This document shows, one piece after another, positions 1-13,817 of a stretch of DNA of 64,000 nt (position 1 is the stretch's first letter; each line of letters starts with the position of its first letter). The translations under genes were made by a program, and so were the position numbers. The notes beneath the pieces were generated by a model. That model had not been told where the DNA came from. It saw only the letters and a list, made by a program, of their open reading frames with translations, and made no database searches. Source of the DNA: Macrostomum lignano (Eukaryota); assembly GCA_002269645.1 (NCBI GenBank), contig NIVC01000251.1:248001-312000 (forward strand), in the 5' to 3' direction.

Positions 1-260
1 ATCTATACTGTCACACTGTCATCTATACTGTCATGCTGTCATCTATACTGTCATGCTGTCATCTATACTGTCACACTGTCATCTATACTGTCATGCTGTC
101 ATCGATACTGTCACACTGTCATCTATACTGTCATGCTGTCATCTATACTGTCATGCTGTCATCGATACTGTCACACTGTCGTCTATACTGTCATGCTGTC
201 ATCTATACTGTCATGCTGTCATCTATACTGTCATGCTGTCATCTATACTGTCATGCTGTC
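1..260. repeat. 20-bp tandem repeat (ATCTATACTGTCATGCTGTC), about 13 copies, truncated at window start
   Basis: Unit recurs every 20 nt; it produces the spurious ORFs 33..290 and 53..385. Confidence 0.95.
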
Positions 261-433
261 AGACACCCACCCATTTATTTATTCTGCTAATTAGTATGTC
301 TAGAAAAGCGGAAAACTATAGGCGCACTTCAGCCTTCTTTGAAAGTGAATTCCAATGCAACTCATCAGTCCCACTAATTAGCTAATCCACTTATAGCAAA
401 TAATCCAACCTGCTCAAAAAATTAATTTTCCAG

Positions 434-621
434 TCGAAGACACCCGACCGCAAGACCTGGTCCACTCCCTGGTGGCCACTTTTACGTCTAATCTGATCTA
501 CACGATTACCCAGATGGCCATGTTTTACGGAGCCCGGAGTATTCGATTCGCTGGCGGCTTTTTTAACCACGAATGTCCTCGGGCCGAGCTGATCAAGACT
601 GCCAAGTTGTTCACCGCCATT
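434..621 (+). CDS. Penultimate exon of an ASKHA-fold kinase-like gene, best resembling a divergent type II pantothenate kinase (upstream exons outside the window)
   Basis: Acceptor attaattttccag|434, donor 621|gtgagc. Translation ..EDTRPQDLVHSLVATFTSNLIYTITQMAMFYGARSIRFAGGFFNHECPRAELIKTAKLFTAI resembles the PanK-II segment EDLAR(A/S)LLxTITNNIGxIAxxxAxxxxIxxVxFxGNF. Manual alignment from memory. Confidence 0.5.
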
Positions 622-660
622 GTGAGCGACTGACTTGCTGTATGGGACCCTGGGAGGACT

Positions 661-1200
661 AGGGAAGAGATGGGGAGACAAGTGTGATGGGGAGACAGGT
701 GAGATGGGGAGACAGGTGTGATTGGGAGACAGGTGAGATGGGGAGAAAGGTGAGTTGTGGAGACAGGTGTGATTGGGAGACAGGTGTGATTGGGGACAGG
801 TGAGATGGGGAGACAGGTGAGATGGGGAGACAGGTAAGATAGGGAGACAGGTATGATTGGGAGACAGGAGAAATGAGATAGGTGAGAAGACAGGTGAGAT
901 GAGATAGGAGATGGGGGACAGGTGAGATGAGACGGGTGAGATGAGACGGGTGAGATGAGACGGGTGAGATGAGACGGGTGAGATGAGACGGGTGAGATGA
1001 GACGGGTGAGATGAGACGGGTGAGATGAGACGGGTGAGATGAGACGGGTGAGATGAGACGGGTGAGATGAGACGGGTGAGATGAGACGGGTGAGATGAGA
1101 CGGGTGAGATGAGACGGGTGAGATGAGACGGGTGAGATGAGACAGGAGAGATGAAATAATTCAGATAAGACAGGGGAGATGCAATAGGTAAGAAGGGATG
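661..1200. repeat. Intronic purine-rich minisatellite, core 14-mer GGTGAGATGAGACG with degenerate 15-17-bp units at the 5' side
   Basis: Perfect 14-bp periodicity at about 920-1140. Confidence 0.95.
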
Positions 1201-1350
1201 TCTAAGGCAAATAATGCCAGATGATTAAAACTTGATTTAGCTTAACTTTAACCATAGCATTCAATTTATATTAAACAGAAAGCCCTTTTAACTGAATCGA
1301 ATTTGAATTCCAAAATCATTCACCACACATTCAAACTTTGCACCGTTCAG

Positions 1351-1428
1351 GACTCGATGGACGTGGAATTTTTCAAGATTGACCAAATCGCTGCTCTGGG
1401 AGCGATTCTGCGAGACATTTCTACATAA
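1351..1428 (+). CDS. Terminal exon of the PanK-like gene
   Basis: Acceptor tttgcaccgttcag|1351; phase 0 matches the donor at 621. Reads DSMDVEFFKIDQIAALGAILRDIST*; AALGAIL aligns with the PanK C-terminal GAVGALL motif. Confidence 0.5.
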   Translation, partial: DSMDVEFFKIDQIAALGAILRDIST

Positions 1429-1574
1429 CAGGCAGTTTTTGATTGACAATTTCGTTACTGTGGTTTTAGTGATTAGATAAAAATACAAGCAATAGCACAA
1501 AATTTCGTTATAGATTGTCAGATTTTTCATTGATTATCTATATGTTCCTGACAGTTTTCCTTCACTGTCTCTGT

Positions 1575-2770
1575 CTGCTCCCTCCCCGTCTGTCCGCCCT
1601 CTCCCCGTCTGTCCGCCCTCTCCCCGTCTGTCCGCCCTCTCCCCGTCTGTCCGCCCTCTCCCCGTCTTTCCGCCCTCTCCCCGTCTTGCCGCCCTCTCCC
1701 CGTCTTTCCGCACACTCCCCGTCTGTCCGCCCTCTCCCCGTCTTTCCGCCCCCTCCCTGTCTTTCCGTCCTCTCCCCGTCTTTCCGCACACTCCCCGTCT
1801 GTCCGCCCTCTCCCCGTCTTTCCGCCCTCCCCCCGTCTTTCCGCCCTCTCCCCGTCTTTCCGCACACTCCCCGTCTGTCCGCCCTCTCCCCGTCTTTCCG
1901 CCCTCCCCCCGTCTTTCCGCCCTCTCCCCGTCTTTCCGCCCTCTCCCCGTCTTTCCGCACACTCCCCTCCCCGTCTTTCCGCCCTCTCCCCGTCTTTCCG
2001 CCCTCCCCCCGTCTTTCCGCCCTCTCCCCGTCTTTCCGCACACTCCCCGTCTGTCCGCCCTCTCCCCGTCTTTCCGCCCTCTCCCCGTCTGTCCGCCCTC
2101 TCCCCGTCTTTCCGCCCTCTCCCCGTCTGTCCGCCCTCTCCCCGTCTTTCCGCACACTCCCCGTCTGTCCGCCCTCTCCCCGTCTTTCCGCCCTCTCCCC
2201 GTCTTTCCGCCCTCTCCCCGTCTGTCCGCCCTCTCCCCGTCTTTCCGCCCTCTCCCCGTCTGTCCGCCCTCTCCCTGTCTTTCCGCCCTCTCCCCGTCTT
2301 TCCGCACACTCCCCGTCTGTCCGCCCTCTCCCCGTCTTTCCGCCCTCTCCCCGTCTGTTCGCCCTCTCCCTGTCTTTCCGCCCTCTCCCCGTCTTTCCGC
2401 ACACTCCCCGTCTGTCCGCCCTCTCCCCGTCTGTCCGCCCTCTCCCTGTCTTTCCGCCCTCTCCCCGTCTTTCCGCACACTCCCCGTCTGTCCGCCCTCT
2501 CCCCGTCTTTCCGCCCTCTCCCCGTCTGTCCGCCCTCTCCCCGTCTTTCCGCCCTCTCCCTGTCTTTCCGCCCTCTCCCCGTCTTTCCGCACACTCCCCG
2601 TCTGTCCGCCCTCTCCCCGTCTTTCCGCCCTCTCCCCGTCTGTCCGCCCTCTCCCCGTCTTTCCGCCCTTTCCCCGTCTGTCCGCCCTCTCCCCGTCTTT
2701 CCGCCCTCTCCCCGTCTGTCCGCCCTCTCCCTGTCTTTCCGCCCTCTCCCCGTCTGTCCGCCCTCTCTCT
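1575..2770. repeat. 19-bp pyrimidine-rich minisatellite (CTCTCCCCGTCT(G/T)TCCGCC), about 60 copies
   Basis: Direct 19-bp periodicity; it generates the 350-435 aa repetitive ORFs. Confidence 0.95.
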
Positions 2771-3799
2771 TTTCATTTCCCCAAGCTTCATATACTTTCC
2801 AAGCCCTCAACTTGAACCATGATTTTTAATCAGTCTCATTGTTTCCAGCAATATCAAGAAAACAATTAAATTTCTCAGTTTGATTTCATTATTAGTAAAT
2901 ACAGTTTCAAAAAATGCAGTAGGCATTGTTTTCTAAACTTTCTCTTCTTTAGCTAAATGCGCACTGCTCTTCTGCGGCTAAAGCCAACCTTAGCCTAAAG
3001 GCCGCGGTAATTAATATTGCATAAGGCGGAGGGCATCGGGCTGGGGTCCGGTGAGTAGACAAAAAACCCAGTCCGCCGCAAGCTTCCAACTCCCTGGTGA
3101 GTTCTCGTCGAGCCCTGAAAAAGTCGATGAAAAATAAAAAAGAGAGAAGTAGAAAGTCAACCGCTGGGTCTTGCCGGGGACACCCGGACAGCTGCTAACG
3201 GGAGCTCAAGAATGACAGATGGGCTCCGGCTGACTTGACGAAAGCGTCTCTCTGCACCCCCAATGTTCCAGCAGCTGGTCTTTATCTTGGTCGCTCATCT
3301 CTACGCTATGGGATCTCATCCAAGGGAGAAGAATTAAGATAAATATACACAACTATCCAGGAATGCTGCGGACACGGGGTCTCCTTCCCTTGCCTTCATC
3401 AAAAAAGAAACTAGAAAGAGAGAAGCTTATTGATTTTCTAGTTTGCCTCTCTGCGCTCAAGATGAGGCTCCAGGAATGCTTTAGGAGTTTGAGAACAACA
3501 TTTGACTTTATGGCTTACCCACCAGCTACTACTATAATATTTACTTGGAACTTCAGAAGCACCCATTGTTAATGATTACGTTAGCTATTAGCTATATGGG
3601 TATGAAAATATCTGATAGAAATTTGATGGTACACCCCGCTGCAGTCCGAGTATGCAGTGAGTGATTCAATTTTACCGTGAAGATGCCCACAAACTCCCAA
3701 TGAGTTGGAGTGATTGTGGGAGGAGGGAAGGGGAGAGAGAGAGCTGTTTGGACTTTTGCTTGGAATTCTGTTTTTTGGCCATCTTCATTCTGCTGGACT

Positions 3800-4560
3800 A
3801 CTGTCCGACTGTCTATCTACCCGACTGTCTATCTACCCGACTGTCTATCTATCCGACTGTCTATCTACCCGACTGTCTGTCTACCCGACTGTCTATCTAC
3901 CCGACTGTCTATCTACCCGACTGTCTATCTACCCGACTGTCTATCTACCCGACTGTCTATCTACCCGACTGTCTATCTACCCGACTGTCTATCTACCCGA
4001 CTGTCTATCTACCCGACTGTCTGTCTACCCGACTGTCTATCTACCCGACTGTCCATCTACCCGACTGTCTATCTACCCGACTGTCTATCTACCCGACTGT
4101 CTATCTATCCGACTGTCTATCTACCCGACTGTCTATCTACCCGACTGTCTATCTACCCGACTGTCTATCTACCCGACTGTCTATCTACCCGACTGTCTAT
4201 CTACCCGACTGTCTATCTACCCGACTGTCTATCTACCCGACTGTCTATCTACCCAACTATCTATATCTACTCGACTATCTATCTACCGGCTATCTATCCA
4301 CCTAACCTATCTATATACCCAACTTATCTGTCTACCCGTCTGTCTATCCATCTACCCGACTGTCTATCTACCCAACTATCCATCTACCCGACTGTCTATC
4401 TACCCAACCTATCCATCTACCCGACTATCTATCCACCGAACGATCTAACCAAATCTACTACATATCTATTTTACTATGTAAAGAACCTATCTATCTAACC
4501 GTCTATCCATCTGACTGTATACCCTAGCTACCTCTACCAACCGTCTATCTACTCATCTAT
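3800..4560. repeat. 16-bp minisatellite (CCGACTGTCTATCTAC), degenerating toward the 3' end
   Basis: Unit recurs at 3901, 3917 and onward. Confidence 0.95.
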
Positions 4561-5011
4561 CAATCCAGATATTTAGATCCTTTCTATTAACCTAATCTAA
4601 TCCACTCGCATCACTTGCATCAGCAGTCATAAAAATAAAAAAACAGACTAAACTGAACGCAAAAGAAGCTTCTTCATTAAACAGATCAAAAGCTATGGTA
4701 ATTAAAGTCGCTGCATCAATCTGTTTTTTCGAAGGTAAGCTAAAATATGAAAATTATGACCACGCGACATTGTTGTTATTCGTGTTAAATGTATCGAGAC
4801 ATTCTCATCATTAAAGAGAATCAAATGAGAAGTTGAACAGAGCCAAGTGGCCCATTGTTTAGCTGGTATATTTAGCTAGAAATTAGTAGCAAAACATTTT
4901 TATGCTTGGAAAAATTGTTGATTTTGTTAAATGTAAGTTTCAATGTTCGCATGGTTGACAAAAACCCCAGAGAAGGGCGATAGCCAACAGTGACAGGGTG
5001 CCTAAATACAG

Positions 5012-5467
<456 letters not shown>

Positions 5468-5814
5468 CAGTCTGAATGAGGCATTTTTAAAACAATGCAT
5501 CTGGATGTTATGAACACATTGAGCGGACAGCATTATTGAAACAACTTTGTCAGAAGTGAACGTCAGTACGCAACTGCAATCAAAGAATGAAAACACGAGT
5601 TATAATAGTGTTTGCATAGCACGGAATCGAATGAAATTTCTAAATGAACTAAATAAAGTAATAACAGTGCCACGTGATCAACCTGACTTAACCCTTGAGG
5701 TATTGGTTTTTGTTATAATTTTTTGGCGAATGACCTGTTATTGTCAGATTGTATCTGTCTCTCTGTGTATCTCACCCATATTTATTCTTACCTTCGTATT
5801 TTCTCTCTGACGCT

Positions 5815-6465
5815 GACTCGGACTATCTGACTTTATCACTATCTGACTCTCACACTAGCTGACTCTCACACTAGCTGACTCTTACACTAGCTGACTCTCA
5901 CACTAGCTGACTCTCACACTATCTGACTCTCACACTATCTGACTCTCACACTATCTGACTCTCTCAATATCTGACTCTCTCAATATCTGACTCTCAATAT
6001 CTGACTCTATTACTATCTTACTCTCACACTATCTGACTCTCTCAATATCTGACTCTCTCACTGTCTGACTCTCAATATCTGACTCTCACACTATCTGACT
6101 CTCAATATCTGACTCTCATAATATCTGACTCTCTCAATATCTGACTCTCAATATCTGACTCTATTACTATCTTACTCTCACACTATCTGACTCTCAATAT
6201 CTGACTCTCATAATATCTGACTCTCTCAGTATCTGACTCTCATAATATCTGACTCTCTCAATATCTGACTCTCAATATCTGACTCTATTACTATCTGACT
6301 CTATTACTATCTTACTCTCACACTATCTGACTCTCTCAATATCTGACTCTCTCACTGTCTGACTCTCAATATCTGACTCTCTCACTATCTGACTCTTTCA
6401 CATTCTGACTCTCTGACTATCTCACTCTCTGACTCATTATCTGACTCTTTCAATAAGACTTTCTG
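5815..6465. repeat. 16-18-bp minisatellite (CTATCTGACTCTCACA), just 3' of the iGluR stop
   Basis: TCTGACTCT core recurs throughout. Confidence 0.93.
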
Positions 6466-6551
6466 ACTCTCTTTATTTTCCCCAAGTAGCAAGTAGCAGT
6501 TCTGTAAATGTAGGACCGAAACGCATGGAAAAATTAGCTTGAAATAAAAGC

Positions 6552-7492
6552 TCAAATCATGCTGACAAAGTTTGAATTGTTGGATTTCTCATCTGCGACG
6601 GTCATCACGGCGGCTGGCGAAGGCGGCACCGACAGCGGCGGTGGAGATTCCTCCGCTGCCTCGGCTGCCGCGGCGGCGGCCACAGCGGCGAGTCGTTGCG
6701 CGAAAGCCTCCCCCATGAACGGCGCCGCCGCGGCGATGCTACGTCGACGATTTTGAATCGACCGACGCCGACGACTCATTGTGTGCAGCTGCGACGGCTG
6801 CGGCTGCTGCTGATGCGGCGGGTAGAGTCCCGGCTGGTGCACCGGCTGAAGGCCGTCCAATAGAAAGTCGGTGGCCAAACCGCTGGCGTCGCTGCCGAAG
6901 ACCGCCGGCTCGCCGCCGACAATGCCGGAGGTGCCACCGACTCCGTCGCCGCCAACGACGCCACTGGAACCGGAGATGCAGACGACGTCGCCCTGGCTGC
7001 CGTGGCGGTGCCAGCAGAACTCGAGCAGAGCCACCAGGAGAGCCAGCATGAGACCCAGGATGAGAATGCCGAACACGCCAAGCAGGTTGCTGAGAGCCAA
7101 CGGCTGCAGCTTGGCGCTGGTGTCCTCGGTGCACTCGCCCTTCTCTATCCACCACTCTTTGTACTTTCTAGCGATGTCCTGGCTCTCGCGCAATTCCAGC
7201 ACAGCTTCGTTGATGCGTTCTCGCAGCTCCAGTTTGTCCTGACTGATTGCGATGCCGTAACCATTGACAACGAACTCGGTGCCAACCATCATGGTGAGGC
7301 AGGGCTTCCGGTTGTTGGTGTAGATGTTCATCATGGACTCTAGGATGAAGGCGTATTTGCCGTCCGAGCTCATGACGCGTGCGATTCCTGCGCCAACGCT
7401 GTTCATGTACACCGACCTGTCCTTCTCCATGATTTCGTACATCCGGTTGTAGGGGTGCGTCTCGGCGCGCCTGAAGAACTCCTTGGTGCTGC
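6552..7492 (-). CDS. Ionotropic glutamate receptor (AMPA/kainate-type), exon 3: S2 domain, M4 and low-complexity C-tail
   Basis: Acceptor cacctcag|7492 (phase 1). Encodes GSTKEFF, GKYAFILESMMNIY, NRKPCLTMMVG, GYGIA, YKEWWIEKGEC and M4 NLLGVFGILILGLMLALLVALLEF; TGA at 6554-6552; ends FVSMI. Confidence 0.93.
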
Positions 7493-7500
7493 CTGAGGTG

Positions 7501-9050
7501 CGGTGTGAATGATGGAGATGGATTGTGTGAATGAGTGACATTGGGATTGTGTGAATGAGTGTCACTGCTGGGATTGTGTGAATGAGTGACACCGGGATTG
7601 TGTGAATGAGTGACATTGGGATTGTGTGAATGAGTGACATCGGGATTGTGTTAATGAGTGACACTGCTGGGATTGTGTTAATGAGTGACACTGCTGGGAT
7701 TGTGTGAATGAGTGACACTGCTGTGATTGTGTGAATGAGTGACACCGGGATTGTGTGAATGAGTGACTTTGGGATTGAGTGAATGAGTGACATTGGGATT
7801 GAGTGAATGAGAGACACCGGGATTGTGTGAATGAGTGACATTGGGATTGTGTGAATGAGTGACATCGGGATTGTGTTAATGAGTGACACTGGGATTGTGT
7901 GAATGAGTGACATTGGGATTGTGTGAATGAGTGGCACTGCTGGGATTGTGTGAATGAGTGACATCGGGATTGTGTGAATGAGTGACATTGGGATTGTGTG
8001 AATGAGTGACATTGGGATTGTGTGAATGAGTGACATCGGGATTGTGTTAATGAGTGACACTGGGATTGTGTGAATGAGTGACATTGGGATTGTGTGAATG
8101 AGTGGCACTGCTGGGATTGTGTGAATGAGTGACATCGGGATTGTGTGAATGAGTGACATTGCTGTGATTGTGTGAATGAGTGACATTGGGATTGTGTGAA
8201 TGAGTGTCACTGTTGGGATTGTGTGAATGAGTGTCACTGCTGGGATTGTGTGAATGAGTGACATTGGGATTGTGTGAATGAGTGTCACTGCTGGGATTGT
8301 GTGAATGAGTGACACTGCTGTGATTGTGTGAATGAGTGACATTGGGATTGTGTGAATGAGTGACATTGGGATTGTGTGAATGAGTCCCACTGCTGGGATT
8401 GTGTGAATGAGTGACATTGGGATTGTGTGAATGAGTGACATTGGGATTGTGTGAATGAGTGACATTGGGATTGTGTGAATGAGTGACATTGGGATTGTGT
8501 GAATGAGTGACATTGGGATTGTGTGAATGAGTGACACTGCTGGGATTGTGTGAATGAGTGACACCGGGATTGTGTGAATGAGTGGCACTGCTGTGATTGT
8601 GTGAATGAGTGGCACTGCTGGGATTGTGTGAACGAGTGGCACTGCTGGGATTGTGTGAATGAGTGACACTGCTGGGATTGTGTGAATGAGTGACACTGCT
8701 GGGATTGTGTGAATGAGTGACACCGGGATTGTGTGAATGAGTGGCACTGCTGTGATTGTGTGAATGAGTGGCACTGCTGGGATTGTGTGAATGAGTGACA
8801 TTGCTGAGATTGTGTGAATGAGTGGCACTGCTGGGATTGAGTGAATGAGTGACATTGGGATTGTGTGAATGAGTGACATCGGGATTGTGTGAATGAGTGA
8901 AATCGGGATTGAGTGAATGAGTGACATCGGGATTGTGTGAATGAATGAAATCGGGATTGAGTGAATGAGTGACATCGGGATTGAGTGAATGAGTGACATC
9001 GGGATTGAGTGAATGAGTGACACCGGGATTGAGTGAATGAGTGACAGCTT
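7501..9050. repeat. 24/27-bp minisatellite in iGluR intron 2 (minus-strand unit ATGTCACTCATTCACACAATCCCA, with or without GCA), about 60 copies
   Basis: Direct periodicity; translates in frame with exon 3 as (MSLIHTIP/AVSLIHTIP)n. Confidence 0.97.
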
Positions 9051-9539
9051 TTGATTGATGTGTGCTCTAGTGACTAACAAGACAGTCACTAAAAAGGCCC
9101 AATGTTATCTAAGCTCTTCACTCGGGTCAGCGACAGCGCACACAAGTAACTTTAGCAGAATATATTCCTTTCGCTATAGTTAAGTACCGGTCTGTGACCA
9201 GCAGAGCCTCTGAAGAGGATGTTTACCCAGCAGTGCCAAGGTTGGCTGCCATGAGCACTGGCAGGAGGGAACTGGTCCAGGCTTATCAACACCCAATTTG
9301 CTCTCGGGTTACAGGCAGTAAATTGCCTGTAGCTTATTTCTGTACATTGGAGCCCGCAGCTCAGAGTAATGAGTCTCTGGCCGCTTCAACAGTAGGGCAG
9401 TATCTGATGGAACGTGTGTGGCTCTGCGGGAATCATGAATTGAAATCCCGGTGGAAATTGATCCTTCATTTTCATTGGAAGTATTTTTTTAGAATTTTTA
9501 GCCTAGCATTTTCTCTTTCTAAGTACTCCGTGGTCTGTT

Positions 9540-9900
9540 CTACTCTATATTATATCTTCTATTCTATCATCTATTCTAGCTTCCAGTCTATCTTATATTC
9601 AATTTTCTTTTCTATCCTATATTCTATCTTCCATTGTCCTCTATTCTATCCTCTACTGTATTATATACCCTATTCTATCTTCTATTCTATCCTCTATTCT
9701 ATCATCTATTCTACCCTATTTTCTATCCTCTATTTTGTCCTCTTTTCTGGATTCTATTCTATCTTTTATTTTATCCCATATTCTATTCTCTATTCTATCC
9801 TCTACTCTATCCTCTACTCTCTAATGAACTGGATCCTTTACTATATTCTATTCTATTCTCCCCCCCTCTTTCTCCATGCCTAATTTCCCTCTACTTCTGT
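9540..9900. repeat. Degenerate (TATTC/TCTAT)n low-complexity tract in iGluR intron 2
   Basis: Repeating tattctatc motifs. Confidence 0.85.
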
Positions 9901-9948
9901 CTATATCCCTGTCTATCAGTCTACTCCTCAACCTACCTCTTCACCCTA

Positions 9949-10563
<615 letters not shown>

Positions 10564-10831
10564 TTAGGTCTCAATTATGTGATAAAAACTCGCACAACAA
10601 AATTTTCAATTGATGTCTAAATGGGCGCCAGTCTTTAGCAGTCTCAATCAGCTTCAAATTTTTTTTTTAATTTCAAATTATTGTTTACGTAACTCAATAC
10701 AACAATACAAACCTCATTGATTATTGTACTTTATAATCACCTCGTTTAGTATATAGTGGCTAAGAGAAGTTTTGCATAAAATTTCTTTTTTTCGGTGGGA
10801 GAAGGCAAATGAAAGATGGACACGGAGGATA

Positions 10832-11435
<604 letters not shown>

Positions 11436-12169
11436 GTGAGTACCAAACTGAGCAGAACTTTCTCTGAACCAGTGCTTGCTGTCAAACACTCAGCGAGAGT
11501 GTCCCCCAGGGCTGCCACAGATAGAGAAAAGAATTGAGATGCAGAGGGAGAGAGAGACAGAATCTGGGCTGAGTAGAGGCAGGAGAGAGCTCAAAGTCCC
11601 CGAGAGAACTGGCGGCAAGTCTCTAGAGAAATCAGGATTAAGGCAAGATGGGGGGCAGGAACGGAGTGAGGCGAGGAGAGTAAAAGCTCCTGCAGGTCTT
11701 CAATCCCGGACCGGATAACGGTCTATGCAGTTGGCCAAAAAATGTAGCAAAATGTTTCAATTTGAATTGGCGCCAATTCCGGAGTATCAAGAGGCGTCCG
11801 TCTACTGGATCACGTTTGCACGAAAGCGCTTCCACTACAGTTGGGATTTTAATGGGACAAAAAAGAAAATTTATGCACTAGATTTCAGGAGTAACACGCT
11901 TGAAAGGTCGAGCGTGTCGTGCTAGCTTCTGTTTTGCTTGCTGATGTGTTTGATTCAGGGATAAGTTTCCAAGACGCAAAACGGACATTTCTGGCCGCAA
12001 AAATCAAAGGCGACGATTGACGACCAGCCCATTCGGTTGACTTACCCAGACTTTCTTATTGTGTCATTGAGCACGACCAGCCATCAGTGATTCGATTATA
12101 AAATTGGTCACGTACTTAGAAACTCAGACGATGCTTCATCAAGAATATGGGAGCCCAACATCCACTCAC

Positions 12170-13817
12170 CCATCATTCCATTCCAGACCTTCTCCCCGGA
12201 GCTGGAGTTCACGGCTCCGTACTTGCCGTCCTTCACCAGATGGAGGTCCCAGTCGACTCCCAGCTTGCTGAAGACCATCTCGGCCAGATCGATGCAAAAT
12301 CCTTGGAAATTTTGTTTGCCGGAACGAATTTTGTCGAGCTCCTCTTTGCTGAGATTCTGGGCCTTCTTCATAACGAATGGCGGCTGCTCAATCGTGACCA
12401 CCTTGATGAAGGTGCCATTGCCGAACCGAGTGTCCGAGCTGTTGTCCACCCTGCGGCCGTACTTGTCCACCGTAATGTTCAGCAGGTTGTCCGCTGACCA
12501 GAAGCCGATGGGCTGAGACCGCTGAGTCCCCATCAGGTCCATGACACGCACTGTGGAGTTCACCCGCATGCCGTCCTCGTCGAAGACAATCTCGCCCGAC
12601 ATGCCCGAGAATCGTTGGCGAAGTTGCAACGCCTCGCGAAGGCTTTGTCGAGTTGCCCGACTAACGCTTGACGCTCTGTCTCCGGTGCCGTTGCCATAGC
12701 AACTAAGCCGGGGCACAGCGAGCTTCCGCGGATAAAGTCGCATCCGATCGATTGCTCGGAGCAACCTGCGCAGCGCGTCGAACATGACGAAGACCTCGTA
12801 TGTAGGCGGATTGGCTTCCGGTTGACCGTGCTTCAACAGGAACTGGGCGTGCTTCTCCTTCAGGTAGTGCGTCATGGCTACGTGCTTCTCGCCGTTCAGC
12901 AGGTCGAATCCGGTGATGTTGCTGCCGCTGTGAATGAACTTGGACAGCAGCAATTCGCTCATTCCCAACGAGTACACAAAGTAGTGATACTCAGCCCGGT
13001 TCATGCCGAACTGCAGCAAGTCGTCCAGGATGAACTGAACATTCTGCGAGTTGCCAACGTCGATAACGATGCGTCGATGAGAGAACTGGACCAAACGCTG
13101 GTCCAGGGACTTCAAAGTCTCATGGTTGTGCTGCTCTGCAGATGGAATCACTCGTCGGAAATCAACGTAGACGTCTGGTACGTCGAGCAGCTGATGTAGC
13201 TGTTGCACCAGCTGAGTGCCACGATGAAATCCAGCTCTGGTGGCGTACAGGTAGGAGAACTGAGTCCAGTTCAGGTAGGCCATCATGTGGGTGTAAGCTG
13301 GGAACAGGTCCGGCAGCATGTTGAGCTTGTAGCTGGGCTCATCAGCCAAGTGCGAGTGGAATTTGCTTGGCCTCTCTAAACGCCAGGTAAAGTACAAAAT
13401 CCGGTGAGTCTGAGCCCAGTGATGCAGCACATCATCATATTCCTGCAGCACGGAGGCGAGTACGGCTACAACTCCCCGCCTAGTGGCTCGGCACAGATGC
13501 TCCAACAGTGCGTGTCCCGCTCCGGTTTCCAAGAAAGTGTTGTTCAATTCCAATAGAAGCCGCGGTTGGCGCGAGTTCAAATCGTTCACAATGTTTTGCA
13601 GCACCTTCTCGGAGCCGGTAGGCGCTGAAACGTCGTAGAAAAAGTGCAAAGGAAACGTCTGCGCTGCCTGACTGGTGACCGCAAAGCCCAGCGGAGCTGG
13701 CGAAAGCAGCAATGCCAGGATCAGAAGCAACGGCCCCAGCAGGACAGCAGTTTGCGATGATCTGATGCTGGAACAATAACTTCGACCGATGCAGCTCGCG
13801 TTTATCGATAGCTGCAT
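12170..13817 (-). CDS. Ionotropic glutamate receptor exon 1: signal peptide, LIVBP-like amino-terminal domain, S1
   Basis: First ATG at 13817 (the ORF-track start at 13841 is TTG), followed by a hydrophobic signal stretch. S1 motifs VVTIEQPPFVM, FQGFCIDLA, KDGKYGA, WNGMMG; donor 12170|gtgagt. Spliced CDS is 1648+564+941 = 3153 nt (1050 aa). Confidence 0.92.

Noticed and set aside
1515-2822. 350-435 aa ORFs on both strands
   Set aside because: Pure translations of a 19-bp minisatellite, open in several frames with no domain content.
6552-9089. 845-aa ORF as a single-exon gene
   Set aside because: The N-terminal ~530 aa is intronic repeat; the iGluR homology requires splicing from exon 2 at 7492.
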